Below are positions 25,447 through 38,367 of a stretch of 64,000 nt of DNA, piece by piece. Under the pieces are notes generated by a model. The model ran no database searches. It saw only the letters and a program-made list of their open reading frames with translations, and was not told the DNA's origin. Each line of letters begins with the position of its first letter. Position 1 is the first letter of the stretch. Source of the DNA: Hormiphora californensis (lineage: Eukaryota > Animalia > Ctenophora); contig CM035361.1 of NCBI GenBank assembly GCA_020137815.1, positions 1,674,001 through 1,738,000 of the forward strand. Direction: 5' to 3'. The translations under genes and the position numbers were made by a program.

Positions 25447-26330
25447 GAGGTGAGAGAGAGCTGGATGATGAGAGTAGAGCGCAGCTCATAGGATGAAGAG
25501 CGAGAGGAACTCGGAGGACTCTCGTCGCCTCGACGGTCGAGTCTCTCTCTCTCTCTCGCTCTCTCTCCTCGTCCTCTCTCCTCTCTCTCCTCTACTCTCT
25601 CTCTCGCTTCTTTCTCCTCGCGTTCCCTCTCTCCCTCATCTCCGTCTCTCTCTCTCGCTCTCTCTTCTCTCTTCACCTCTCCCTCCCTCTCTTCTCTCTC
25701 TCTCTCTGGCTCTCTCTCTCTCTCCTCTCTCTGCTCTCGTCTCTCTCCTGCAAAATCGCGACGTAAGAGTAGTCGAAGCAGAGATTAGTGTAACACGGCC
25801 GGTCATCTGATTTAAAAATCGGCCGGACGCGGCCAAAATTTGAAACTGGAAAATCGAGATCTCGCTCACCATAGGAATCGTCAGTATTGATGAGAGCCAC
25901 AGGACTGTCCTCGAGACCCAACATCTTCAGGATCCCCAGCACTGGTTCTATCTGTTTACCATCAATAGGTGTCAAATGGAACATGAACCTCAGATTTAGA
26001 GGGTCCTCCAGGTGCACACCTAATAGAGAGCAACTTGGTTGTTTGTTTGTTTGTTTGTCTGTTTGTTTGTTTGTTTGTTGTATTAATCAAAGGTCTACTG
26101 CACATATATTCCGGTATAGTAGCCCTTACTACTCAACCTCGTTAGTCGTTACGAATGGACAATTGGACATTGGACAATGTTAAAGATACTGTAAGCATTC
26201 CCCACCTACCAGAAGCGGTTGGTGAGATGTTGGGTATTCCAAGTCGGCTGGTCACGGAAGATATTGCTTTGGTTTGCTCCTGATGGTAAGGTCCTACTAT
26301 TCCTAACCCCATCCCTTTCTTAATGTTCAA
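17363..26330 (-). CDS. Ionotropic glutamate receptor subunit (ATD-S1-M1-M2-M3-S2-M4-CTD); 5' end lost in low-quality sequence
   Basis: About 20 GT-AG exons. [34 protein letters not shown]; S1 EDAPFV...[47 protein letters not shown]; M2 [12 protein letters not shown]|VGPPDATPK; M3 [12 protein letters not shown]; S2 [16 protein letters not shown]; M4 near 18880-19015; stop TGA at 17363-17365. Confidence 0.93.
18106..18214. mobile_element. hAT-type MITE with 8-bp TSD GTAGTTAA
   Basis: GTAGTTAA|CAGGAACTGACCG...CGGTCGGTTCCTG|GTAGTTAA. Same family as 53425-53526. Confidence 0.9.
19428..19667. mobile_element. MITE with TIR GAGCTGTCAGAGCATTGGCCTGAC
   Basis: Inverted copy GTCAGGCCAATGCTCGGACAGCTC at the right end. 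Fragments of the same family at ~29970, 40570-40710, 41920-41995 and 43690-43750. Confidence 0.7.
20185..20295. mobile_element. ~110-bp hairpin-rich mini-element with 8-9-bp TSD
   Basis: Flanked on both sides by ACTCATAA(T). Short imperfect TIR TTGGCATG/CATGGCAA. Internal hairpin CTCACACCGGGCC-TTC-GGCCCGGTGTGAG. Confidence 0.65.
20490..21365 (-). repeat. Tandem array (~18 x ~49 bp) of the iGluR pore-exon splice acceptor plus exon start
   Basis: Unit on the minus strand is poly(C)-(C/T)AG|GTTGGACCCCCTGATGCCACACCCAAGTG-TAACA. Only the leftmost copy continues into the M3 exon. Confidence 0.92.
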
Positions 26331-29300
26331 AGGGGGGGGGTTTTTAAATTTTGTTTAAAGGGCCACCCCCCATTTTTTTCCAGCAAAAATAGGGGGGTAG
26401 GGGGGTTTTAAAGGGGCAGTTAATAATGAGGGGGGGTTTATTGGGGTTTAAGGGATTGGGGTAACCCCTTATTTGTAAACTCAAACCATATATATATGGG
26501 CTCACGGGCACAACCCCTCCTTGGGGGTAAGGGGTGAAATTTTTTTTCGAGAAGTCTCCACCCCTAATCAACCAGGAAACGGGGTTGGTTGGCGCTTAAA
26601 AGCCTTGAAAGGCGTTTCTGGGGTTATTTCGGGACAAACCAAAAAATATACTTTGGGTCACCCCATAAACCCAAAATGTAAAACAAAAAAACTTTAAAAA
26701 ACCAAAAAAACCCCAAAACACCTCTAAAACTCAACTATTAAAATCACAAAAAACCAACTGATTTCTTTCAACCAAGCCACAAAACACTTTAACCCTTTCA
26801 CAAACCGTGCAACTTATTAATATATTCCCGAAAACCATGAAAAAAGCAAACTCTAAATTTTTGGGGTATTCCCCCCCAAAAGGTTAAAAAACAAGGTCAA
26901 ACTATAAAACCACAAAATCCACTTACAAACAAAAAAACCAAAAAAACCCCTTTTAACACAACAAGGGGCCAACGGGACTTTTTTTTAAAAAACTTTAAAA
27001 AAATAAAGAAAGTTTTTTTTTCTTTGTTTTTTTTTTAAAACCCCCCCCCCCTTGGGGGTTTCGGGGGGGGTGGTTTTTTACAACTTTTGCGCTTCCCCTG
27101 TTCAGTCATTTCTGTTTTGTTTTGTGTGTAAGGTGTAAACACGAGGGGAAACACTTTTTTTTACTTATATCCCCTACCCCTATTATTCTCACGCCCCCCC
27201 CCGCGGAAGCGGGTGCATTTTCCCGTGAAAAAGGGTCGCCGGAGGGGGGGAGTGATATGTGCACTCGCGGTATATATTGGGCATCACGTGACACACATCA
27301 ATCACCATCAATGACCTGGATCTTTCAACACACATTTTTGTTTCATTCGTGATCAGCAATTCCATTGTTTTGCGTTGTCGAACAAGGCAAGTTTTGCGTG
27401 TGTGCGATGCGTCGAATAGGGTTAATTAAGATCACTGCAATTTGCATAATCAGATTAGTGTTTTGCAGGCGTGTGAAGGGAGTGTAACACACCATGTGAG
27501 TGTATATAAACCGGGTATGAGAGATAAATTTTAGTAATTTTCAACCATGGATTATTTAAGGAAATACTGTTACAGTTGGACCCCCCGATTAAAACCCGGG
27601 AAAAACCCCTTGGGGGAAAGGGGTTTTGTCCGTTAAATGGGGTTTTCCGCTAAATCGGGGGGTTAAAATTGTTAATTTTCTATATTGGGGGAAATTTTGG
27701 GGTCCGTTAAATCGGGGTGCCCCTAAACGGGGGTCCGCCCGTAATTACCAAATTTTTAAAATTTACTAAAGCATCGCTGGTCCAACTATCAAACATTAGT
27801 GCGTTCTAGATCCTATTTTAGGTTTATGATCATCTAAGGGTTCAATTTCGCAAGAAACTGGTATCTGGAACAGACCTGATTGAAAACCGGGACGGTTTTT
27901 TCCCAAAACGAAGCCCCGGGAAAGCTAAAAACCTTACAAAACCACTAACCAAGATTTGAACCCCTTTTTTTCCCTACTGGACCGAAAGGTTTTTTTTTAA
28001 AACTAATTCTCGAATTTTTTTTGGGGGGTGATACAGGTAAAGGGTGCGGGTTTGTGGGCCCCCCATCATTTTTTTGGGGAAATAGGTTTGGTTTGGGGGA
28101 AATCAATAGGAGAAGGACACAAAACCCAATAATCCCTTAAGGTTTATTTAAAACTTTTTTTTTTACCCCCAATTTTTCCTATTTTTTCTAGAAAATTTCT
28201 ATTACAAAACTTTTATATCTAAAAAAGGGTGTTTGTCCCAGGCTGAGACCCTATTCACCCGGGGAAAATAATGATTTTCACCAAACTTCAAAACACCCCT
28301 AAGTGAGTGCCCCCCAAAACCCATTTTTCCCAAAAGGATTCAATCAAATCTCAGAAAATTAGGCTAAAATTTATAAAACAAAAGATTTTGCTGCTGGACC
28401 CAAAATTTTGGCAAATCTCCAATCAAATGCCCCGGGGGAAAAGGGGCCTTTGGTCCCCCCGTGGATTGGTTCTCTCTCTTCTCAGCCCAAAAATAAAAAA
28501 CCAGTCCATGTTTGCGTGGGGAGCTTTGGGTTTCCCCAAACGGGGTCCGGGAAAGGGTTTAAAAAATTTTCTGGTACAAAAAGGTTGTCAAAAAAAACAG
28601 AAGAAAAAAGGGAGAAGAGAGAGAAGAGAGAGAGAGAAAGAAGAGGATTACGGCGGATAAAACCCCTTTGTCTCCCCCGTCAAAAGAAAATGGGGGGATC
28701 TCTCTTCCTCTCCTCTGACTCCCTTTTTCCCCCCCCTTTGGGGGGCCCCTCCTCCCCTTCTGTTTTTTTCCTCTTTTCCTTGTCTTCTCTCTCTTCTCTC
28801 TTCTTTTCCTCTCTCCTCCCCCTTTCCTTCTTTCTCTTCTCTCGCCCCTCTTTGCAAAAGAAAAGAGAGGAAAAAGATAAATTTTTTAATTTTACTCGTA
28901 AGTTTTTATCTCATTTTTTAGAAAAATTAGGGCCCCCCCGAAACGAGGGTTATTTTAAAAAGAGCATAATTTTATTTTTAAAATTTTCACCCCACCTTAA
29001 ATTGAAGTTCCTATTAGAAGGTTTTAAAAATTAGCCAATAAATCGCTCTGAACTTTGCAAAATAAAGACAAAACTGAAAATCATCCGGGTGTGGATATAA
29101 CATCGGCCCCCCCCCATTTCCCGGGGAGAATAAATTTCCCCCCGATGTGGGAAATTAAGGGTATTTAAAACCGATTACCGGGAAACCCCCCCGATTTTAC
29201 CGGAAAAAAACCCTTTTTCCCCCAAGATCCCGGAAATGGGGGTCCGCCTGCCGCTGTAAACACATTTTGACCATTAACCAAGAATTTTTACTCGCCCCCA

Positions 29301-29800
29301 AAACCCAAATAATTGTCTGAAATGCCAATCTTTACAAAGAGCGTTTTTAAAAAAAAAAGTTTTGTCAAGAATAGACAAAATGGAAAGAAGAGGATCAAAA
29401 ATGTCGAATTTATTATCATGAAAATTTGGAACAACACTCGATTGCCTCTCTTTTAAACTCAGGGCACTGATAAATGCTCGTATTGCAATGTGCTCTCAAG
29501 AACCCAATTCCTACTTAAGGACTTTTTAGGACTATTCAAAAGGAAATAACGGAATATAAAAAAAATAAACAACACTCAACAGAAATGCCCGCCTAGATAA
29601 ATTAAAAAACTACGATTTTTGGGGGAAAAGACAAATGAAAAATTGTAAAGGGACAAATAAAGGGAAAAAAGGAGGGATTTTTTAAAATTTTTTTGGGGGG
29701 GGGGCCCCTTTAAAAAAATTTTTAAAAAATCTCCCTTTTCCCCCAAAAAATTTGGCAATTGTCTAATTACAAAAAACCTTTTAGGGGGGGGGGGGTGGGG
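26330..29800. other. Largely low-quality, homopolymer-inflated assembly segment
   Basis: Garbled copies of the pogo MITE (27573-27740, 29100-29250) show run-length corruption. The iGluR exon at 26330 degrades abruptly. Confidence 0.75.
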
Positions 29801-30774
29801 GGAGAGAGAGAGAGAGGGAAAGGGAGAGAGAGGAGCTGAAGCTCACGTACAACTCTTCCACTCATATAATGCAAAAAGGTTACTACTAAGAGTGGTGGAG
29901 GACCCCGATATACCGGCATACCTGGATGGTGGACCCCCATGTAATCATATATACCGGGAGGCGGGATACCCTGTCAGAGCATTGTCCTGAAAGGAGATAC
30001 TGCAGTACTTACAATAATGATGAAGACTTCGAATTTCCCTACTCAACACTTCCAGCAGTTTCAAACCATTCCAAGCTGTTTATCAAGTTGATTCCTGCAG
30101 GAGGTTAGATTAGATACAATAATGGAATATTGGAATAAAGATGGGAGAGTGTTTCAACTCGATGAGGCAACATTTAGATAGTTTTTGGGGTAAGGGGAGG
30201 GGGGTAAGATTAGCACAGCCTGGAGTTAGAAATGATGGATTAAAGGGGAGAGATAGTAGTTTATAGGAGATAAAAGATAGGGGAGTCTTAACAGTGCTGC
30301 TTGTAGTGGGAATATAACGGTGTCTGAATAATACGGTATTTGACCATTACGGTTTCTGAAATACGGTTAAAGTTGGGATAATAGCTCAAGAGAGAGGGTG
30401 GCGTAGGATATTAGCTCTATAGGGAGAGAGGGTAATTAACGTGGGAATGTTTTTGGGTGTTGCCTAATTGCCCTCCCAATAATAGTGTTGTCATGGTAAC
30501 CACTGAGTGATAAAGCACCCACGGAACGTGTCTAACCGATCGTTAACACATCTTTACTTTCACATGCGTTAAACTAACCGGCTTTCCACTTTCCAGTCAG
30601 ACCTCCATTTACCAGTATCCTTGTTGGTAGCCAAGTTATGCCTTCTAAAGCAATGTGAGGGGAATTTCGTTACGAACCAGTCTCCTAGAGGACCTAGGGG
30701 GAATGTTTTTTCTCTAGCGAGCGATGATATTACAATATGATGATAACTTAAGTAAATTTACCTTCGTTAAGCAC

Positions 30775-32938
30775 ATGTTCGTTCTCATCTTTCTTCTCCT
30801 CCTACCACTCAATAATGGGGACTATATCAAATCTGGGTCCTCCAGTGCGTTCAGGGGGGCTACCTCAAGAAGCAAAACCTCCAGCAGTTCACCGCTCAAT
30901 GCTATGGATAGCGATCCTAGTAAATTGTATCATTCAAAGCTTGATGATCAACCTGGGGCTCTTCGACGAAACTTTAAACACACTTAAAAACGTTGCGTAA
31001 CTCTCCTTTCACACCTTCTAATTGATTTTCACACCCCTTAAGCATGGTTTGTGTCGACGAAACTTTTTAGAAATCTTGCTTAGTGAAAATTGAGGGGTAG
31101 TAAGTGAAGTTTTACACAAGCTCTCCAAACCTTGCGTAACCCCCTAATCACGTGGTAAAATCACGTGATTTGGGCCAAATTGAAGCGACAATGACGTCAT
31201 AGTTCACGCAATATCTCACTCAAATATCGAGAAAAGTGAGGTTTGTTAAGTCTCCTCCAGAGGAGACTTAATGGTAGACAAGACAGCGCTGGCAAGTAAA
31301 AGATGCTACAAAACAGTGTATATTTTGCTTCTCACATGTAGAAAAAAGATAAAATGGCACTCCTTGTCCCCCAGTTAGCTATCTCTACTCAACCACAATA
31401 TTGAGGCACTAGTTTGGGGTTTCAGCCAAGCCCATACTGCATACACCATCTGTATTAGACTCTCACAGTCAGATAAAATGTGGATGAATTCAGTTGTTTT
31501 CCTTCTGGCAGGACAAGATTAACAGTGAACTACTACTATGCTTTCACTGTTTATCTCTTCATCTAGCAGCCTATCTATTCATCTCATCCGGCCTAAATAA
31601 TATTGCAAGTTATTAGTGTATAGGTTTATTGATTTTTCATTATGAACAATCAATGTTAGATCTCTATTTGTCCGCTATAACATTCATTGCCAGCTACTGT
31701 AAGAGTACACAGAGTTTTGAAGATTTGAAATTTCTTGAATCTTGAGAAATGGAAGTCAAACTTCTTCTTCACCCCCAATCTGGTGTGATATCTCGCTAAC
31801 ACTATTGGCTGGTGAACCCTACACGTGACCAAATTGACGCCTGTGTAAACCCATGTAATGGAAATCCTATCACGTGTCCAGTTTCGATCCCCTGATTGGT
31901 TTTCTACACCCATACACGAGGGGTGATCCGGGGCTTCACGTGGTATACACGTGGTTCACACCAAGGACCTAAAGTGAGGTTTTGGAAAGCGTTCGACGAC
32001 ACCCCTCTCGAGACAAGTCTGAAAAATTTTCCTTGTGTAACTCTAAAGAGAGCTTATTTATTAAGTGTGCTTTAAGTTTCGTCGAAGAGCCCCAGAGTGG
32101 CTGATGTTGACGCTTGCTAGACACCAGTTAAGAGTGGATAAAGTGGTTGTGATTAACAGGTATTTGAAACCAATTATAGAATTCTCGACCACTCATAATG
32201 TGGCCTTGCTCAACTCTTGCTATATGTGTGAATCATATATTGTGTGAATTTTGTGAACGGGTGAACTCTTTTCAAATGACACCGAGATATATACTTACCA
32301 CATTATTTACAGGGTGGTAGGGTATTACTACACCACAAGTCGACTACTGGGTACACAAGTGTCTCTTATCGGGCCAAACTCGAACACATCCTGTGGGACT
32401 ATCAACTCTCTCCATTCTGATCGCAGATCTCTAGAGGACCAAACATACACCATCTCCTGTCCGGATCGAACAGAGCCCGCCCTTGCAGTTTTCCTCTACG
32501 ATGACGTGATGGAGACGACTAATGATACTGAGAAGAATCAACTAATCATGAACATTGGAGAAGTGTACATTCTTACACAGCAGGGTAATTATTTTCTTAA
32601 TTGTAGTCTTTTTATTGAAAGGTTCCGATTGAAGGGCCTTCAAGTTCTATCGGGAACTGGAAGTCGGGGCTTATGTCAATTTAATTTTGGTAATTATTTG
32701 GTGGGCGAGCCAATCAGAGGCCGGAAATCAAAATTTCGAAATCCAGATTTACAAACTAACCAAGATATCATTAATATATTTTATGTTACAATACAAGTTA
32801 TTAAATTAAAACTCGATAGTTTTACCGCGTGAGGTGGTAATCCAGATCATTGATGTGTTAAACGGAAAAGGAAAACCAATTAGGACTAATTTACTTTTCA
32901 ATTCCATTAAGGTTTCCTGTTGGTTTAATGAGTTACTC

Positions 32939-32991
<53 letters not shown>

Positions 32992-33003
32992 CTCTCTCTC
33001 TCA

Positions 33004-33098
<95 letters not shown>

Positions 33099-33111
33099 AA
33101 TCGTAGTCTGA
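30775..33111 (+). pseudogene. Secreted F-type lectin (fucolectin / F5-F8 type C-like) gene interrupted by a MITE
   Basis: Signal peptide MFVLIFLLLLPLNNG. Removing 30956-32095 joins NAMDSDPSKLYHSKLDDQP-EWLMLTLARHQLRVDKVVVINR; an intron (32160-32312) is followed by ...SRLLGTQV...CGTI...YTISC...MNIGEVYI, the FTLD pattern. The last mini-exon (33107-33111) is uncertain. Confidence 0.7.
30956..32092. mobile_element. PIF/Harbinger-like MITE (CWG target) inside the lectin coding exon
   Basis: CTG|GGGCTCTTCGACGAAACTT...AAGTTTCGTCGAAGAGCCC|CAG. Confidence 0.8.
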
Positions 33112-34654
33112 GTAGGCATCGTTTACTATGCATTTTAGGGAGAAATGATGTAAGTGTAACATAAGTGCATGTGTCATTTGCATAATGACTTCTAGATGAC
33201 TCGACCAGTGCAATATTGTTAGGAATATTGTTGATTGCTTTTAGTCTGATATGTTAGTCTAATTTGCATTTAACTCCCATGACACAAGTTCTGGTAAAAT
33301 ATTCATTCGAAAATATCATCATCATCATCATATTCATTTGAAGGAGTCGGAAGGAGCTATCATTTCTACAGATCATCACCATCAATTAATTATGTTTTTG
33401 ATGATGATGACATATAGGTACAATGATCTCACTGAATAATTTACATAAAACGGTTTACAGATCATGATCTAATTTTCTAGTTGCTATGTTGCGCCCCTAT
33501 CAAATATCACTACACGGTCATGTAGGTGCCACTTTTGCATAGCTGCGTTTTAATTTACTCGTGTTGTTGTTTTATGATCGTGTGCAGTTCCAGCAATCTA
33601 CATCATGATCTTTGAAGTTTGACTTCACCTTTTGTATACAAAGACAGCCATTTGAACTGCAAGTCTAAAGTGATGTGCCAATGTGTGTAACATGCGTCTC
33701 AATATTTGCTTTGTTTTGTTTCCCTAGCGATTCAAGGATCTTTGCATCGTAGAAACAGTAACACACTCAGAGGTGTTATAGGAATAGGGGGCATCACTAT
33801 ATAGGAACATCACTACTATTATTATAGTGACAGCGTTTCAAGGTGCTCTGTGTCACCATAGCAATGAACACAAATGACAAATCACCTTGAAACGAATTCT
33901 GTCAGTGTGCCAGGGGGTGTGCCGTGGCATTGTAACCTAATTTTCTATAGATAGGGTGTCCTTACTTCCATACGAGATGTGTAGATAGGGTGTCATACAA
34001 GCTTTCCATTCCACTGGTGTCTGACGTGGTATCACTCTATTCAGCTTCCTTATATCCTAGCACTCACTATATATTCGATATACTGCTCCCGTTCACAATT
34101 CGGTATAATTGTAGAGGACCTGCAGGCCTGTACACTTACTACACCAAGTATGATTGATCTGATTAACAGTGTAGTTCGTGTGATCTTGTTCAGACTCTCT
34201 CTGTCTCACACAGCCTCCACTGGAGGCTCTGCACTCTGCAGTGGGGATCGCGGGACAGTACAAACACACTTCAATGTGATCTATAATACACAGAGCTGCT
34301 GCTGTAGTGCTTGCTGATCTTGCTTGTTGTTATTGTAGAGAGCTAATACTACTGTGCAACACCGCATAGAAATCTTCATGGCTCGATATTTTAGGATTTT
34401 TTTGCAACTGATTTCTATACTTGGTAATGGTATAATTTCTTTGCCAGTGGCAGTTCTAGACCTCTTCATGGTTCCAGGAGACCTTCAGTCACGTACTTTT
34501 TGTTTACCTTGAGAGGCAGAATGTTTGTTTAATACAGTGCAGCACGAGAAGTATGGCTCTAGCTTCTTCTCCTGCCAGACAGCTACTAAAATTCAAAATA
34601 ATTATCAGCTCACCAGACGGCATATGTTTCCGCAACATGAATAAGATGTGAGGA

Positions 34655-34830
34655 GGTGGCGTGAAATGGAACTTAGAATTCTGTTTGGTGGCGTGAAATG
34701 GAAGTTAGAATTCTGTTGAGTGGCGTGAAATGGAAGTTGGAATTCTGTTGAGTGGCGTGAAATGGAAGTTGGAATTCTGTTGAGTGGCGTGAAATGGAAG
34801 TTAGAATTCTGTTATGTGGCGTGAAATGGG
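34655..34830. repeat. Minisatellite (~33 bp, gtggcgtgaaatggaagttagaattctgtt..)
   Basis: About 5.5 tandem units. Confidence 0.9.
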
Positions 34831-35286
34831 AAAAAGAGTGAAAGAGGAACTACCCTGTAACATAAAATTATCTCTGGACCCTCACCAAATGTCCAGCTGA
34901 GAGAATGGCCCAAGATTGTTCCTATATATCCCCACTAGAAATGTGTGTATTGTATGCACTATGCACTTCCCTCTTACATGGAGGGCTAGCACTTTCAGTC
35001 ACGGGAGAAGGAGACAGTCCTACCTTCCTAGACCCTCTGCATGGCTGCAATACACACATTGTGTTTGTTTGGCTCCCCCACAGCTATATTGTCAACATGA
35101 CGTGTCCCCTGCATTATTCAAATATCCTATTCCAGCGGGTGTCATTCACATGGAAAATTCACACAAACGTGTGGAGAGTGTATCTCGAGACTAGCTCGTG
35201 CTGACAGGAATTTGTAAACTGTGAAATCTTTGCAAAAGCTTACTTCTGAATTCTTTTAAAAGTTCTATAAATCTAGATAATATAGA

Positions 35287-36629
35287 CTAGTAGGCCCGTT
35301 CGCCCTACGGGCGAATTTCGGGGAAATGGTAGCTGGATTAGGGAACGCTGACATCACCTGCACGATCCGTTCCTAGCCTATCTCTCACTTTCTCCCTACC
35401 CATGTTGTTGTACGCTCTGGGCTTCCTGACAATGTCAAGGTGCGAATTTAAGAGATCAATGTCATGGAGGTGCAGTGCTGTTCCAAAAACTCATCACGTG
35501 AAAACTTGGCCGCTATGTAGCCGATTTGTAGATTTCTATATTCGACTGGAGTAATCACCCTTGGGTGACGTTGGGTAAAGCTATCCGTAGTCGTTGATTG
35601 GCTTGCTTGAACACGTTGGCGTAATCTGTCATATTCTCTAGCCTGCTCCATGACAGCAGCAGATCTTCCGGACCCAGATGCCCGTTGCCGAATAGCGCTT
35701 GGGGTTGAAGAGTTAGACATAAGGACAAAAGTAAAAGAATGCACGTGCAGAATTGAATTTCCCTTAGTACCCAAAACTGCAACTGGGAGTGAGGTTTCTA
35801 AGTTGCTCTAATAATTGCACGTGCAGGTGTAGTTGCTAGGTGATGTAGCACTGACAATTTGAATAGTAAGTAGTATGATTTGATATATATTGTCGGCGAG
35901 CTAAAAGTTGATGCCTTAGTTAATAATTTTGATAGTTATATGTTGGCCTGCAGCTTAATATGCATTGAATATAATCTTCACACGACAGTAGGACTGTGTT
36001 TTATAGCTCTGCAGTGACGTTGTAACATGCACAATACAGAACGTTTCCTTTGCAACAACTGTGAAACAACAGACATGAAGTTATATTTAGTTAATTAATT
36101 AATTTTGCTTTTGATTTTGTTTTTAGCCCGGTGCTATGGAGAACCAATTATAGAACAGTAGCGGAATGCCGTTTTTGGTGTGCATGTGTATAATACACAC
36201 ACGTGTAGCTTGTCTGGCATGTGTTTCCTAGTGCTGCAGTTGCAGTTGGCATGGCCCTTTCTAAACACCAACATTTTGTTTGAACAGGACACTGGTATAA
36301 TGGAATGGATGTTATTAATATTATCCCATTACAATTTGAATATTTGGTTGAGGCAATTTATCATCCGGATGATAAATTGCCTCAACCAAATTGCCTCAAC
36401 CAAATATTCAACAACAAATCATTATTTGAATTTAGGCCACCTGCCAGAGCTTCGCTCACACATCGTGATGTATAGTTCCATTCAAATTCCAAAAGTCTAG
36501 GCCTAGACTTTTGGAATTTGAATGGAACTATACATCACGATGTGTGAGCGAAGCTCTGGCAGGTGGCCTAAATTCAAATAAAGATTTGTTGTTGATTTGT
36601 TCTCTTTGCTATGTACTTATATATATAGA
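35287..36629 (-). mobile_element. Internally deleted, non-autonomous Helitron (~1.34 kb)
   Basis: Minus strand A|TCTATATATATAAG ... GCCCGT-AGGGCGA-ACGGGC-CTA-CTAG|T. Contains a short Arg/Gln-rich ORF (35448-35774) and a 188-bp palindrome. Confidence 0.7.
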
Positions 36630-37224
36630 TTAAATTAGATAAAATTAGTTTGCCTAAATTTAATTTATAAAACATAGATTTTCGAGTTGATACAATATAA
36701 CCCTGCGTTTTGTTTTGTTAGATTTGTACAAAATTGACCTACTTATCATCAGTAAAATTTGGAGGCATTGATTTCTCTGAATACTTATTAAACTAACATA
36801 TCTGAACTATAACAGGATGGTAAGTGGAGGAGATGATGTAGTGAAGCCGCTTCCTATTACCGTCATATTCAAAGGGATCCTCCTATTCTTTCTCAGTGTG
36901 GGACTCGAGATTACTGGCTGGTTCTTTTCAGGTAGGCAACAGCTGCCATGTTTTATCTTTTATTTGTTTGTAGGCAACAGCTGCTATGTTTCATCTATAT
37001 TATTATTTGTTTGTCTAAAGGATCGTCTTCTGTGTTATAACAACACACCCAACTGCTGTCTGGCCCCCCGTGGACCCCGTCTGAGCGCACTGAGAATCAA
37101 ATTGTGCCAGAGAGCCCAACATTGGAGACAGGGACCAGACTATGGAATATTCTTTGAGATTAGCATTATGTATGTTCATACTTTATATAGGAAGATGAAT
37201 TCATGACATTCAACCGCCCTACCA

Positions 37225-37371
37225 ACTCCGCGAGAAGAGAGAGAAGTGTGTTGAAGTTGGTGACATAGACACCAAGTGTTGAAGTAATTTGTCTGTTCTA
37301 TAGAATCTATAGATTCTCTAGAACACACAAATTACTTCAACACACTTAGCTTCTCTCTTCTCGCGGAGCTC
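37225..37371. repeat. Palindromic inverted-repeat element centred on CTATAGAATCTATAGATTCTCTAG
   Basis: CTCCGCGAGAAGAGAGA.../...TCTCTTCTCGCGGAG and GTGTTGAAGTAATTTG.../...CAAATTACTTCAACAC arms. Confidence 0.7.
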
Positions 37372-37404
37372 GTATAATTTGTTGAGCATAGCTTCTAATC
37401 CAGA

Positions 37405-38367
37405 ATGTACACTCTACTTCTACCCTTCCTGAGGCTCCTAACCAATGCCACCGAAGAAGTTACGGATACTAACATAGTGTTTCCATTCCCTGTGTTCACC
37501 CTTCAAGTAGGAAAAGGAGACCTAGTTACTGAGAATGGAACTCGCAACGCAACAGGAAGTATCGTCATCAACAACTCATCCCTTCTTTGCCCTCCCAAGA
37601 GGGGAGGAATGTACCCGAAACAGGTCCTGGACGTGATCTGCCGTGGTAGTGGGTTTGAAGGAGCAGTGAGTGTCCGACCACACCGAATGGCAACCACCAA
37701 ACAGTCCCTGTCTTGTTCGACCTCGGAGGAACTACCAAACTGGCTCTCTCTAAAAGTTGTCTGTCCGGAGAATCCAGTTGGACCTGAGGACTGTATCTGG
37801 GGCCCCATGACCCACACAGGACGGGACTGCAACATTGATGATACCCTCGTTATTAGATGTTCTACCGAGCGATACCAGGTCATTGATGTCGATCTTTTTG
37901 CTAACCCAGACGGGGCACTAACAGGAAATGTGACCACACAGAAAGGTTCAATGGTGGCTACAGTGTTTGATACACGTTACAAAGTTGAGATGCTGAGTCT
38001 CGTTAAGTTCCACCTCGAGGGCTACCATTACCAGTACCTTCCCAAGCTGGCATGCCAATATCTTGGATACGAAGCTTACCGGACCAAGGCGGTACCGCAA
38101 AGTGATCAGGACTACAGGAGGAAGTTGAGCTGTGGGTATATCAAGGAGAATGAGATGAAGATGATGGTGGAAGTGAAGTGTCTGCATGATGCACGTTCTT
38201 TTGAGTCAGGGTGTTCTTGGGTTGTGGGTGAGGGAGCGAGGTTCGGTATTGAGGAGGCGACGACGATTGAATGTGGCGGGAGATACAGTGAGGAAGAAGA
38301 AGAGGATAAGGAAGATGAAGATGAAGAGTTTGATTATGAGGATTATTATGGTGGTGAAGAGTTGTGA
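37405..38367 (+). CDS. Single-exon secreted Cys-rich protein with two divergent SRCR-like domains and an acidic tail
   Basis: 320-aa ORF with a hydrophobic N-terminus. Twice-repeated SRCR-like pattern (DVICRGSGF...LKVVC...DCIW...C...VIRC; KLACQYLGY...EVKC...GCSW...TIEC) and a D/E-rich C-terminus. Confidence 0.75.
   Translation: MYTLLLPFLRLLTNATEEVTDTNIVFPFPVFTLQVGKGDLVTENGTRNATGSIVINNSSLLCPPKRGGMYPKQVLDVICRGSGFEGAVSVRPHRMATTKQSLSCSTSEELPNWLSLKVVCPENPVGPEDCIWGPMTHTGRDCNIDDTLVIRCSTERYQVIDVDLFANPDGALTGNVTTQKGSMVATVFDTRYKVEMLSLVKFHLEGYHYQYLPKLACQYLGYEAYRTKAVPQSDQDYRRKLSCGYIKENEMKMMVEVKCLHDARSFESGCSWVVGEGARFGIEEATTIECGGRYSEEEEEDKEDEDEEFDYEDYYGGEEL

Noticed and set aside
25380-25860. (GA)n switching to (TC)n, forming an apparent foldback in an iGluR intron
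   Set aside because: Noisy microsatellite sequence with likely read or assembly errors; cannot be distinguished from an artefact.
36817-37206. ORF with a hydrophobic segment and plausible splice sites
   Set aside because: No recognisable homology, and I could not build a consistent spliced frame. It may be a real small exon but is unsupported.
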